A DNA stretch of 64,000 nt from Paragordius varius (lineage: Eukaryota; Animalia; Nematomorpha). Positions within the stretch are counted from its first letter, which is position 1, and the number at the start of each line of letters is the position of its first letter. This document shows positions 50,661 through 64,000 of this stretch, one piece after another. Under the pieces are notes generated by a model, which saw only the letters and a program-made list of their open reading frames with translations, had not been told where the DNA came from and did no database searches. The stretch is taken from NCBI GenBank assembly GCA_964247055.1, contig OZ176056.1:620001-684000 (forward strand). Direction: 5' to 3'. Made by a program: the position numbers and the translations under genes.

Positions 50661-53600
50661 TCAAGTTAAACTTTGACTTAAAAATCGGATATTGGTCACC
50701 GGTGAACAAAATTATTTTTGATACATTCTCTTAGTAGGACTACATCAATATATAGAGATAGTTTGACAAACTCTTTCATATCCGATTTTTACAGCGATAC
50801 TTTAAAAATTAATTTATAAAACTAGTCGCATCAATACTCAAGTTAAACTTTGTCCTTAAGAATCGGATATTAGTCGCCGATAAAGAAAATTATTTTTTAT
50901 ACATTCTCTTAGTAGGACTACATCAAAATATAGAGATAGTTTGACAAACTCTTTCATATCCGATTTTTACAACGATACTTTAAAAATTAATTTATAAAAC
51001 TAGTCGCATCAATACTCAAGTTAAACTTTGTCCTTAAGAATCGGATATTAGTCGCCGGTAAAAAAATTAGTTTTTATACATTCTCTTAGTAGGACTACAT
51101 CAAAATATAGAGATAGTTTGACAAACTCTTTCATATCCGATTTTTACATCGATACTTTAAAAATTAATGTATAGTCGCATCATTAGTCAAGTCTTTGTCC
51201 TTAAAAATCGGATATTGGTCGCCGGTAAAGAAAATTATTTTTTATACATTCTCTTAATAGGACTACATCAATATATAGACATAGTTTGACAAACTCTTTC
51301 ATATCCGATTTTTACAACGATACTTTAAAAATTAATGTATAAAACTAGTCGCATCATTAGTCAAGTCTTTGTCCTTAAAAATCGGATATTGGTCGCCGGT
51401 AAAGAAAATTATTTTTTATACATTCTCTTGGTAGGACTACATTAAAATATAGAGATAGATTGACAAACTCTTTCATATCCGATTTTTACAGCGATACTTT
51501 AAAAAATAATGTATAAAAGTAGTCGCATCAATACTCAAGTTAAACTTTGTCCGTAAAAATCGGATATTGGTCACCGGTTAACAAAACTATTTTTTATACA
51601 TTCTCTTAGTAAGACTACATCAAAATATAGAGATAGTTTGACAAACTCTTTCATATCCGATTTTTACAGCGATACTTTAAAAATTAATGTATAAAACTAG
51701 TCGCATCAATACTCAAGTTAAACTTTGTCCTTAAAAATCGGATATTGGTCACAGGTGAACAAAATTATTTTTTATACATTATCTTAGTAGGACTACATCA
51801 AAATATAGAGATAGTTTGACAAACTCTTTCATATCCGATTTTTACAACGATACTTTAAAAATTAATGTATAAAAGTAGTCGCATCATTAGTCAAGTCTTT
51901 GTCCTTAAAAATCGGATATTGGTCGCCGGTAAGGAAAATTATTTTTTATACATTCTCCTAGTAGGACTACATCAAAATATAGAGATAGTTTGACAAACTC
52001 TTTCATATCCGATTTTTACAACGATACTTTAAAAATTAATGTATAAAAGTAGTCGCATCAATACTCAAGTTAAACTTTATCCTTAAAAATCGGATATTAA
52101 TCACCGGTTAACAAAACTATTTTTTAAACATTCTCTTAGTAGGACTAGATCAAAATATAGAGATAGTTTGACAAACTCTTTCATATCCGATTTTTACAGC
52201 GATACTTAAAAATTAATGTATAAAACTAGTCGCATCAATACTCAAGTTAAACTTTGTCCTTAATAATCGGATATTGGTCACAGGTGAACAAAAATATTTT
52301 TTATACATTATCTTAGTAGGACTACATCAAAATATAGAGATAGTTTGACAAACTCTTTTATATCCGATTTTTACAGCGATACTTTAAAAATTAATGTATA
52401 AAACTAGTCGCATCAATACTCAAGTTAAACTTTGTCTTAAAAATCGGATATTGGTCACCGGTGAACAAAATTATTTTTTATACATTCTCTTAGTAGGACT
52501 ACATCAAAATATAGAGATAGTTTGACAAACTCTTTCATATCCGATTTTTACAGCGATACTTTAAAAATTAATGTATAAAACTAGTCGCATCAATACTCAA
52601 GTTAAACTTTGTCCTTAAAACTCGGATATTGGTCACAGGTGAACAAAATTATTTTTTATACATTATCTTAGTAGGACTACATCAAAATATAGAGATATTT
52701 TGACAAATTCTTTCATATCCGATTTTTACAGCGATACTTTAAAAATTAATGTATAAAACTAGTCGCATCAAAACTCAAGTTAAACTTTGTCCTTAAAAAT
52801 CGGATATTGGTCACAGGTGAACAAAATAATTTTTTATACATTATCTTAGTAGGACTACATCAAAATATAGAGATAGTTTGACAAACTTTTTCATATCCGA
52901 TTTTTACAGCGATACTTTAAAAATTAATGTATAAAACTAGTCGCATCAATACTCAAGTTAAACTTTGACTTAAAAATCGGATATTGGTCACCGGTTAACA
53001 AAACTATTTTTTAAACATTCTCTTAGTAGGACTAGATCAAAATATAGAGATAGTTTGACAAACTCTTTCATATCCGATTTTTACAGCGATACTTTAAAAA
53101 TTAATGTATAAAACTAGTCGCATGAATACTCAAGTTAAACTTTGTCCTTAAAAATCGGATATTGGTCACAGGTGAACAAAATTATTTTTTATACATTATC
53201 TTAGTAGGACTACATCAAAATATAGAGATAGTTTGACAAACTCTTTAATATCCGATTTTTACAGCGATACTTTAAAAAATAATGTATAAAAGTAGTCGCA
53301 TCAATACTCAAGTTAAACTTTGTCCTTAAAAATCGGATATTGGTCGCCGGTAAAGAAAATTATTTTTTATACATTCTCTTAGTAGGACTACATCAAAGTA
53401 TAAAGATAGTTTGACAAACTCTTTCATATCCGATTTTTACAGCGATACTTTAAAAATTAATGTATAAAACTAGTCGCATCAATACTCAAGTTAAACTTTG
53501 ACTTAAAAATCGGATATTGGTCACCGGTGAACAAAATTATTTTTTATACATTCTCTTAGTAGGACTACATCAAAATATAGAGATATTTTGAACTCTTTCA

Positions 53601-56600
53601 TATCCGATTTTTACAACGATACTTTAAAAATTAATTTATAAAACTAGTCGCATCAATACTCAAGTTAAACTTTGTACTTAAGAATCGGATATTGGTCGCC
53701 GGTAAAGAAAATTATTTTTTATACATTCTCTTAGTAGGACTACATCAAAATATAGAGATAGTTTGACAAACTCTTTCGTATCCGATTTTTACAACGATAC
53801 TTTAAAAATTAATGTATAAAACTAGCCGCATCATTAGTCAAATTAAATTGTCCTTATAAATCTGATATTGGTCACCGGTGAACAAAATTAATTTTTATAC
53901 ATTCTCTTAGTAGGACTACATCAAAATATAGAGATATTTTGACAAATTCTTTCATATCCGATTTTTACAACGATACTTTAAAAAATAATGTATAAAAGTA
54001 GTCGCATCAATACTCAAGTTAAACTTTGTCCTTAAAAATCGGATATTGGTCACCGGTTAACAAAACTATTTTTTATACATTATCTTAGTAGGACTACATC
54101 AAAATATAGAGATAGTTTCACAAACTCTTTCATATCCGATTTTTACAGCGATACTTTAAAAAATAATGTATAAAAGTAGTCGCATCAATACTCAAGTTAA
54201 ACTTTGTCCTTAAAAATCGGATATTGGTCGCCGGTAAAGAAAATTATTTTTTATACATTCTCTTAGTAAGACTACATCAAAATATAGAGATAGTTTGACA
54301 AACTCTTTCATATCCGATTTTTACAACGATACTTTAAAAATTAATGTATAAAACTAGTCGCATCAATACTCAAGTTAAACTTTGTCCTTAAAAATCAGAT
54401 ATTGGTCACCGGTGAAAAATTATTTTTTATACATTTTCTTAGTAGGACTACATCAAAATATAGAGATAGTTTGACAAACTATTTCATATCCGATTTTTAC
54501 AACGATACCTTAAAAATTAATGTATAAAACTAGTCGCATCAATACTCAATTTAAACTTTGTCCTTAAAAATCGGATATTGGTCGCCGGTAAAGAAAATTA
54601 TTTAATATACATTCTCTTAGTAAGACTACATCAAAATATAGAGATAGTTTGACAAACTCTTTCATAATTTTTACAACGAATCTTTAAAAATTAATGTATA
54701 AAACTAGTCGCATCAATACTCAATTTAAACTTTGTCCTTAACAATCGGATATTGGTCACCGGTGAACAAAATTTTTTTTATACATTCTCTTAGTAGGACT
54801 ACATCAAAATATAGAGATAGTTTGACAAACTCTTTCATATCCGATTTTTACAACGATACCTTAAAAATTAATGTATAAAACTAGTCGCATCAATACTCAA
54901 GTTAAACTTTGTCCTTAAAAATCGGATATTGGTCGCCGGTAAAGAAAATTATTTTTTTACATTCTCTTAGTAGGACTACATCAAAATATAGAGATAGTTT
55001 GACAAACTCTTTCATATCCGATTTTTACAACGATACTTTAAAAATTGATGTATAAAAGTAGTCGCATCAATACTCAAGTTAAACTTTGTCCTTAAAAATC
55101 GGATATTGGTCACCGGTTAACAAAACTATTTTTTATACATTCTCTTAGTAGGACTACATCAAAATATAGAGATAGTTTGACAAACTCTTTCATATCCGAT
55201 TTTTACAGCGATACTTTAAAAATTAATGTATAAAACTAGTCGCATCAATACTCAAGTTAAACTTTGTCCTTAAAAATCGGATATTGGTCACAGGTGAACA
55301 AAATTATTTTTTATACATTCTCTTTTACTACATCAAAATATAGAGATAGTTTGACAAACTCTTTCATATCCGATTTTTACAACGATACTTTAAAAATTAA
55401 TAAAACTAGTCGCATCAATAGTCAAGTTAAACTTTGTCCTTAAAAATCGGATATTGGTCACTGGTGAACAAAATTATTTTTGATACATTCTCTTAGTAGG
55501 ACTACATCAAAATATAGAGATATTTTGACAAATTCTTTTATATCCGATTTTTACAACGATACTTTAAAAAATAATGTATAAAAGTAGTCGCATCAATACT
55601 CAAGTTAAACTTTGTCCTTAAAAATCGGATATTGGTCACCGATTAACAAAACTATTTTTTATACATCCTCTTAGTAGGACTAGATCAAAATATAGAGATA
55701 GTTTGACAAACTCTTTCATATCCGATTTTTACAGCGATACTTTAAAAATTAATGTAAAAAACTAGTCGCATCAATACTCAAGTTAAACTTTGACTTAAAA
55801 ATCGGATATTGGTCACCGGTGAACAAAATTATTTTTGATACATTCTCTTAGTAGGACTACATCAATATATAGAGATAGTTTGACAAACTCTTTCATATCC
55901 GATTTTTACAGCGATACTTTAAAAATTAATTTATAAAACTAGTCGCATCAATACTCAAGTTAAACTTTGTCCTTAAGAATCGGATATTAGTCGCCGATAA
56001 AGAAAATTATTTTTTATACATTCTCTTAGTAGGACTACATCAAAATATAGAGATAGTTTGACAAACTCTTTCATATCCGATTTTTACAACGATACTTTAA
56101 AAATTAATTTATAAAACTAGTCGCATCAATACTCAAGTTAAACTTTGTCCTTAAGAATCGGATATTAGTCGCCGGTAAAAAAATTAGTTTTTATACATTC
56201 TCTTAGTAGGACTACATCAAAATATAGAGATAGTTTGACAAACTCTTTCATATCCGATTTTTACATCGATACTTTAAAAATTAATGTATAGTCGCATCAT
56301 TAGTCAAGTCTTTGTCCTTAAAAATCGGATATTGGTCGCCGGTAAAGAAAATTATTTTTTATACATTCTCTTAATAGGACTACATCAATATATAGACATA
56401 GTTTGACAAACTCTTTCATATCCGATTTTTACAACGATACTTTAAAAATTAATGTATAAAACTAGTCGCATCATTAGTCAAGTCTTTGTCCTTAAAAATC
56501 GGATATTGGTCGCCGGTAAAGAAAATTATTTTTTATACATTCTCTTGGTAGGACTACATTAAAATATAGAGATAGATTGACAAACTCTTTCATATCCGAT

Positions 56601-59050
56601 TTTTACAGCGATACTTTAAAAAATAATGTATAAAAGTAGTCGCATCAATACTCAAGTTAAACTTTGTCCGTAAAAATCGGATATTGGTCACCGGTTAACA
56701 AAACTATTTTTTATACATTCTCTTAGTAAGACTACATCAAAATATAGAGATAGTTTGACAAACTCTTTCATATCCGATTTTTACAGCGATACTTTAAAAA
56801 TTAATGTATAAAACTAGTCGCATCAATACTCAAGTTAAACTTTGTCCTTAAAAATCGGATATTGGTCACAGGTGAACAAAATTATTTTTTATACATTATC
56901 TTAGTAGGACTACATCAAAATATAGAGATAGTTTGACAAACTCTTTCATATCCGATTTTTACAACGATACTTTAAAAATTAATGTATAAAAGTAGTCGCA
57001 TCATTAGTCAAGTCTTTGTCCTTAAAAATCGGATATTGGTCGCCGGTAAGGAAAATTATTTTTTATACATTCTCCTAGTAGGACTACATCAAAATATAGA
57101 GATAGTTTGACAAACTCTTTCATATCCGATTTTTACAACGATACTTTAAAAATTAATGTATAAAAGTAGTCGCATCAATACTCAAGTTAAACTTTGTCCT
57201 TAAAAATCGGATATTAATCACCGGTTAACAAAACTATTTTTTAAACATTCTCTTAGTAGGACTAGATCAAAATATAGAGATAGTTTGACAAACTCTTTCA
57301 TATCCGATTTTTACAGCGATACTTAAAAATTAATGTATAAAACTAGTCGCATCAATACTCAAGTTAAACTTTGTCCTTAATAATCGGATATTGGTCACAG
57401 GTGAACAAAAATATTTTTTATACATTATCTTAGTAGGACTACATCAAAATATAGAGATAGTTTGACAAACTCTTTTATATCCGATTTTTACAGCGATACT
57501 TTAAAAATTAATGTATAAAACTAGTCGCATCAATACTCAAGTTAAACTTTGTCTTAAAAATCGGATATTGGTCACCGGTGAACAAAATTATTTTTTATAC
57601 ATTCTCTTAGTAGGACTACATCAAAATATAGAGATAGTTTGACAAACTCTTTCATATCCGATTTTTACAGCGATACTTTAAAAATTAATGTATAAAACTA
57701 GTCGCATCAATACTCAAGTTAAACTTTGTCCTTAAAACTCGGATATTGGTCACAGGTGAACAAAATTATTTTTTATACATTATCTTAGTAGGACTACATC
57801 AAAATATAGAGATATTTTGACAAATTCTTTCATATCCGATTTTTACAGCGATACTTTAAAAATTAATGTATAAAACTAGTCGCATCAAAACTCAAGTTAA
57901 ACTTTGTCCTTAAAAATCGGATATTGGTCACAGGTGAACAAAATAATTTTTTATACATTATCTTAGTAGGACTACATCAAAATATAGAGATAGTTTGACA
58001 AACTTTTTCATATCCGATTTTTACAGCGATACTTTAAAAATTAATGTATAAAACTAGTCGCATCAATACTCAAGTTAAACTTTGACTTAAAAATCGGATA
58101 TTGGTCACCGGTTAACAAAACTATTTTTTAAACATTCTCTTAGTAGGACTAGATCAAAATATAGAGATAGTTTGACAAACTCTTTCATATCCGATTTTTA
58201 CAGCGATACTTTAAAAATTAATGTATAAAACTAGTCGCATGAATACTCAAGTTAAACTTTGTCCTTAAAAATCGGATATTGGTCACAGGTGAACAAAATT
58301 ATTTTTTATACATTATCTTAGTAGGACTACATCAAAATATAGAGATAGTTTGACAAACTCTTTAATATCCGATTTTTACAGCGATACTTTAAAAAATAAT
58401 GTATAAAAGTAGTCGCATCAATACTCAAGTTAAACTTTGTCCTTAAAAATCGGATATTGGTCGCCGGTAAAGAAAATTATTTTTTATACATTCTCTTAGT
58501 AGGACTACATCAAAGTATAAAGATAGTTTGACAAACTCTTTCATATCCGATTTTTACAGCGATACTTTAAAAATTAATGTATAAAACTAGTCGCATCAAT
58601 ACTCAAGTTAAACTTTGACTTAAAAATCGGATATTGGTCACCGGTGAACAAAATTATTTTTTATACATTCTCTTAGTAGGACTACATCAAAATATAGAGA
58701 TATTTTGAACTCTTTCATATCCGATTTTTACAACGATACTTTAAAAATTAATTTATAAAACTAGTCGCATCAATACTCAAGTTAAACTTTGTACTTAAGA
58801 ATCGGATATTGGTCGCCGGTAAAGAAAATTATTTTTTATACATTCTCTTAGTAGGACTACATCAAAATATAGAGATAGTTTGACAAACTCTTTCGTATCC
58901 GATTTTTACAACGATACTTTAAAAATTAATGTATAAAACTAGCCGCATCATTAGTCAAATTAAATTGTCCTTATAAATCTGATATTGGTCACCGGTGAAC
59001 AAAATTAATTTTTATACATTCTCTTAGTAGGACTACATCAAAATATAGAG
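49130..59050 (+). repeat. 29-monomer (5117 bp) tandem duplication
   Basis: ATTGATG (49927/55044), TTCTCTTTTA (50201/55318), TACATCGAT (51147/56264) and GTAAGGAAAA (51931/57048) all recur at 5117 bp. Confidence 0.92.
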
Positions 59051-62000
59051 ATAGTTTGACAAACTCTTTCATATCCGATTTTTACAACGATACTTTAAAA
59101 ATTAATTTATAAAACTAGTCGCATCAATACTCAAGTTAAACTTTGTCCTTAAGAATCGGATATTAGTCGCCGGTAAAAAAATTAGTTTTTATACATTCTC
59201 TTAGTAGGACTACATCAAAATATAGAGATAGTTTGACAAACTCTTTCATATCCGATTTTTACATCGATACTTTAAAAATTAATGTATAGTCGCATCATTA
59301 GTCAAGTCTTTGTCCTTAAAAATCGGATATTGGTCGCCGGTAAAGAAAATTATTTTTTATACATTCTCTTAATAGGACTACATCAATATATAGACATAGT
59401 TTGACAAACTCTTTCATATCCGATTTTTACAACGATACTTTAAAAATTAATGTATAAAACTAGTCGCATCATTAGTCAAGTCTTTGTCCTTAAAAATCGG
59501 ATATTGGTCGCCGGTAAAGAAAATTATTTTTTATACATTCTCTTGGTAGGACTACATTAAAATATAGAGATAGATTGACAAACTCTTTCATATCCGATTT
59601 TTACAGCGATACTTTAAAAAATAATGTATAAAAGTAGTCGCATCAATACTCAAGTTAAACTTTGTCCGTAAAAATCGGATATTGGTCACCGGTTAACAAA
59701 ACTATTTTTTATACATTCTCTTAGTAAGACTACATCAAAATATAGAGATAGTTTGACAAACTCTTTCATATCCGATTTTTACAGCGATACTTTAAAAATT
59801 AATGTATAAAACTAGTCGCATCAATACTCAAGTTAAACTTTGTCCTTAAAAATCGGATATTGGTCACAGGTGAACAAAATTATTTTTTATACATTATCTT
59901 AGTAGGACTACATCAAAATATAGAGATAGTTTGACAAACTCTTTCATATCCGATTTTTACAACGATACTTTAAAAATTAATGTATAAAAGTAGTCGCATC
60001 ATTAGTCAAGTCTTTGTCCTTAAAAATCGGATATTGGTCGCCGGTAAGGAAAATTATTTTTTATACATTCTCCTAGTAGGACTACATCAAAATATAGAGA
60101 TAGTTTGACAAACTCTTTCATATCCGATTTTTACAACGATACTTTAAAAATTAATGTATAAAAGTAGTCGCATCAATACTCAAGTTAAACTTTGTCCTTA
60201 AAAATCGGATATTAATCACCGGTTAACAAAACTATTTTTTAAACATTCTCTTAGTAGGACTAGATCAAAATATAGAGATAGTTTGACAAACTCTTTCATA
60301 TCCGATTTTTACAGCGATACTTAAAAATTAATGTATAAAACTAGTCGCATCAATACTCAAGTTAAACTTTGTCCTTAATAATCGGATATTGGTCACAGGT
60401 GAACAAAAATATTTTTTATACATTATCTTAGTAGGACTACATCAAAATATAGAGATAGTTTGACAAACTCTTTTATATCCGATTTTTACAGCGATACTTT
60501 AAAAATTAATGTATAAAACTAGTCGCATCAATACTCAAGTTAAACTTTGTCTTAAAAATCGGATATTGGTCACCGGTGAACAAAATTATTTTTTATACAT
60601 TCTCTTAGTAGGACTACATCAAAATATAGAGATAGTTTGACAAACTCTTTCATATCCGATTTTTACAGCGATACTTTAAAAATTAATGTATAAAACTAGT
60701 CGCATCAATACTCAAGTTAAACTTTGTCCTTAAAACTCGGATATTGGTCACAGGTGAACAAAATTATTTTTTATACATTATCTTAGTAGGACTACATCAA
60801 AATATAGAGATATTTTGACAAATTCTTTCATATCCGATTTTTACAGCGATACTTTAAAAATTAATGTATAAAACTAGTCGCATCAAAACTCAAGTTAAAC
60901 TTTGTCCTTAAAAATCGGATATTGGTCACAGGTGAACAAAATAATTTTTTATACATTATCTTAGTAGGACTACATCAAAATATAGAGATAGTTTGACAAA
61001 CTTTTTCATATCCGATTTTTACAGCGATACTTTAAAAATTAATGTATAAAACTAGTCGCATCAATACTCAAGTTAAACTTTGACTTAAAAATCGGATATT
61101 GGTCACCGGTTAACAAAACTATTTTTTAAACATTCTCTTAGTAGGACTAGATCAAAATATAGAGATAGTTTGACAAACTCTTTCATATCCGATTTTTACA
61201 GCGATACTTTAAAAATTAATGTATAAAACTAGTCGCATGAATACTCAAGTTAAACTTTGTCCTTAAAAATCGGATATTGGTCACAGGTGAACAAAATTAT
61301 TTTTTATACATTATCTTAGTAGGACTACATCAAAATATAGAGATAGTTTGACAAACTCTTTAATATCCGATTTTTACAGCGATACTTTAAAAAATAATGT
61401 ATAAAAGTAGTCGCATCAATACTCAAGTTAAACTTTGTCCTTAAAAATCGGATATTGGTCGCCGGTAAAGAAAATTATTTTTTATACATTCTCTTAGTAG
61501 GACTACATCAAAGTATAAAGATAGTTTGACAAACTCTTTCATATCCGATTTTTACAGCGATACTTTAAAAATTAATGTATAAAACTAGTCGCATCAATAC
61601 TCAAGTTAAACTTTGACTTAAAAATCGGATATTGGTCACCGGTGAACAAAATTATTTTTTATACATTCTCTTAGTAGGACTACATCAAAATATAGAGATA
61701 TTTTGAACTCTTTCATATCCGATTTTTACAACGATACTTTAAAAATTAATTTATAAAACTAGTCGCATCAATACTCAAGTTAAACTTTGTACTTAAGAAT
61801 CGGATATTGGTCGCCGGTAAAGAAAATTATTTTTTATACATTCTCTTAGTAGGACTACATCAAAATATAGAGATAGTTTGACAAACTCTTTCGTATCCGA
61901 TTTTTACAACGATACTTTAAAAATTAATGTATAAAACTAGCCGCATCATTAGTCAAATTAAATTGTCCTTATAAATCTGATATTGGTCACCGGTGAACAA

Positions 62001-62380
62001 AATTAATTTTTATACATTCTCTTAGTAGGACTACATCAAAATATAGAGATATTTTGACAAATTCTTTCATATCCGATTTTTACAACGATACTTTAAAAAA
62101 TAATGTATAAAAGTAGTCGCATCAATACTCAAGTTAAACTTTGTCCTTAAAAATCGGATATTGGTCACCGGTTAACAAAACTATTTTTTATACATTATCT
62201 TAGTAGGACTACATCAAAATATAGAGATAGTTTCACAAACTCTTTCATATCCGATTTTTACAGCGATACTTTAAAAAATAATGTATAAAAGTAGTCGCAT
62301 CAATACTCAAGTTAAACTTTGTCCTTAAAAATCGGATATTGGTCGCCGGTAAAGAAAATTATTTTTTATACATTCTCTTA
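56050..62380 (+). repeat. 17-monomer (2998 bp) tandem duplication nested on the 29-mer
   Basis: CATCGAT (56264/59262) and AAGGAAAA (57048/60046) recur at 2998 bp. TTTCACAAAC (54116/62231) recurs at 8115 = 5117 + 2998. Confidence 0.92.
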
Positions 62381-64000
62381 GTAGGATTACATCAAAATAT
62401 AGAGATAGTTTGACAAACTCTTTCATATCCGATTTTTACAGCGATACTTTAAAAAATAAAATATAAAAGTAGTCGCATCAATACTCAAGTTAAACTTTGT
62501 CCGTAAAAATCGGATATTGGTCACCGGTTAACAAAACTATTTTTTATACATTCTCTTAGTAAGACTACATCAAAATATAGAGATAGTTTGACAAACTCTT
62601 TCATATCCGATTTTTACAGCGATACTTTAAAAATTAAAGTATAAAACTAGTCGCATCAATACTCAAGTTAAACTTTGTCCTTAAAAATCGGATATTGGTC
62701 ACAGGTGAACAAAATTATTTTTTATACATTATCTTAGTAGGACTACATCAAAATATAGAGATAGTTTGACAAACTCTTTCATATCCGATTTTTACAGCGA
62801 TACTTTAAAAATTAATGTATAAAACTAGTCGCATCAATACTCAAGTTAAACTTTGTCCTTAAAAATCGGATATTGGTCACAGGTGAACAAAATTATTTTT
62901 TATACATCATCTTAGTAGGACTACATCAAAATATAGAGATAGTTTGACAAACTCTTTCATATCCGATTTTTACAACGATACTTTAAAAATTATTTTATAA
63001 AACTAGTCGCATCAATACTCAAGTTGCCCTTAAGAATCGGATATTGGCCGCCGGTAAAGAAAATTATTTTTTATACATTCTCTTAGTAGGACTACATCAA
63101 AATATAGAGATAGTTTGACAAACTCTTTCATATCCGATTTTTACAACGATACTTTAAAAATTAATGTATAAAACTAGCCGCATCATTAGTCAAATTAAAT
63201 TGTCCTTAAAAATCGGATATTGGTCACCGGTTAACAAAACTATTTTTTATACATTCTCTTAGTAGGACTAGATCAAAATATAGAGATAGTTTGACAAACT
63301 CTTTCATATCCGATTTTTACAGCGATACTTTAAAAATTAATGTATAAAACTAGTCGCATCAATACTCAAGTTAAACTTTGTCCTTAAAAATCGGATATTG
63401 GTCACAGGTGAACAAAATTATTTTTTATACATTATCTTAGAGGACTACATCAAAATATAGAGATAGTTTGACAAACTCTTTCATATCCGATTTTTACAGC
63501 GATACTTTAAAAATTAATGTATAAAACTAGTCGCATCAATACTCAACTTAAACTTTGACTTTAAAATCGGATATTGGTCACCGGTGAATAAAATTATTTT
63601 TTATACATTTTCTTAGTAGGACTACATCAAAATATAGAGATAGTTTGACAAACTCTTTCGTATCCGATTTTTACAGCGATACTTTAAAAATTAATGTATA
63701 AAACTAGTCGCATCAATACTCAAGTTAAACTTTGTCCTTAAAAATCGGATATTGATCACAGGTGAACAAAATTATTTTTTATACATTATCTTAGTAGGAC
63801 TACATCAAAATATAGAGATAGTTTGACAAACTCTTTCATATCCGATTTTTACAGCGATACTTTAAAAATTAATGTATAAAACTAGTCGCATCAATACTCA
63901 AGTTAAACTTTGACTTAAAAATCGGATATTGATCACCGGTGAACAAAATTATTTTTTATACATTCTCTTAGTAGGACTACATCAAAATATAGAGATATTT

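Larger units (their letters stand above)
41672..64000 (+). repeat. 178-bp satellite array, right arm (runs off the window end)
   Basis: Same monomer and orientation as the left arm; resumes in phase after the TSD. Confidence 0.99.

Noticed and set aside
1-64000. CRISPR-like regular repeats
   Set aside because: The whole 178-bp unit repeats with no unique spacers and no cas genes, and the context is eukaryotic.

Overview
Eukaryotic heterochromatin-type DNA with no host genes. About 60.7 kb (roughly 340 head-to-tail monomers, all in one orientation) is a single AT-rich (about 27% GC) 178-bp satellite with 177- and 174-bp length variants. The monomers form several nested higher-order repeat (HOR) domains, and the two flanks share variants that are missing from a central layer. 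The array is interrupted once, at 38364-41671 on the minus strand, by a 3308-bp apparently full-length RTE/BovB-type non-LTR retrotransposon. The element has a perfect 12-bp target-site duplication (CAGCGATACTTT), a (CCAA)n tail and a 3' AGTCG-N4-CGACT hairpin. Its APE endonuclease and RT are split by one 1-nt frameshift. A compact pseudoknot lies 18 nt upstream of the ATG, preceded by an AT-rich leader of about 410 nt. The host species cannot be identified from the sequence. HOR boundaries were read by eye from diagnostic variants and are approximate (about +/-100 bp). Comparisons to BovB are from recall and need a database check.
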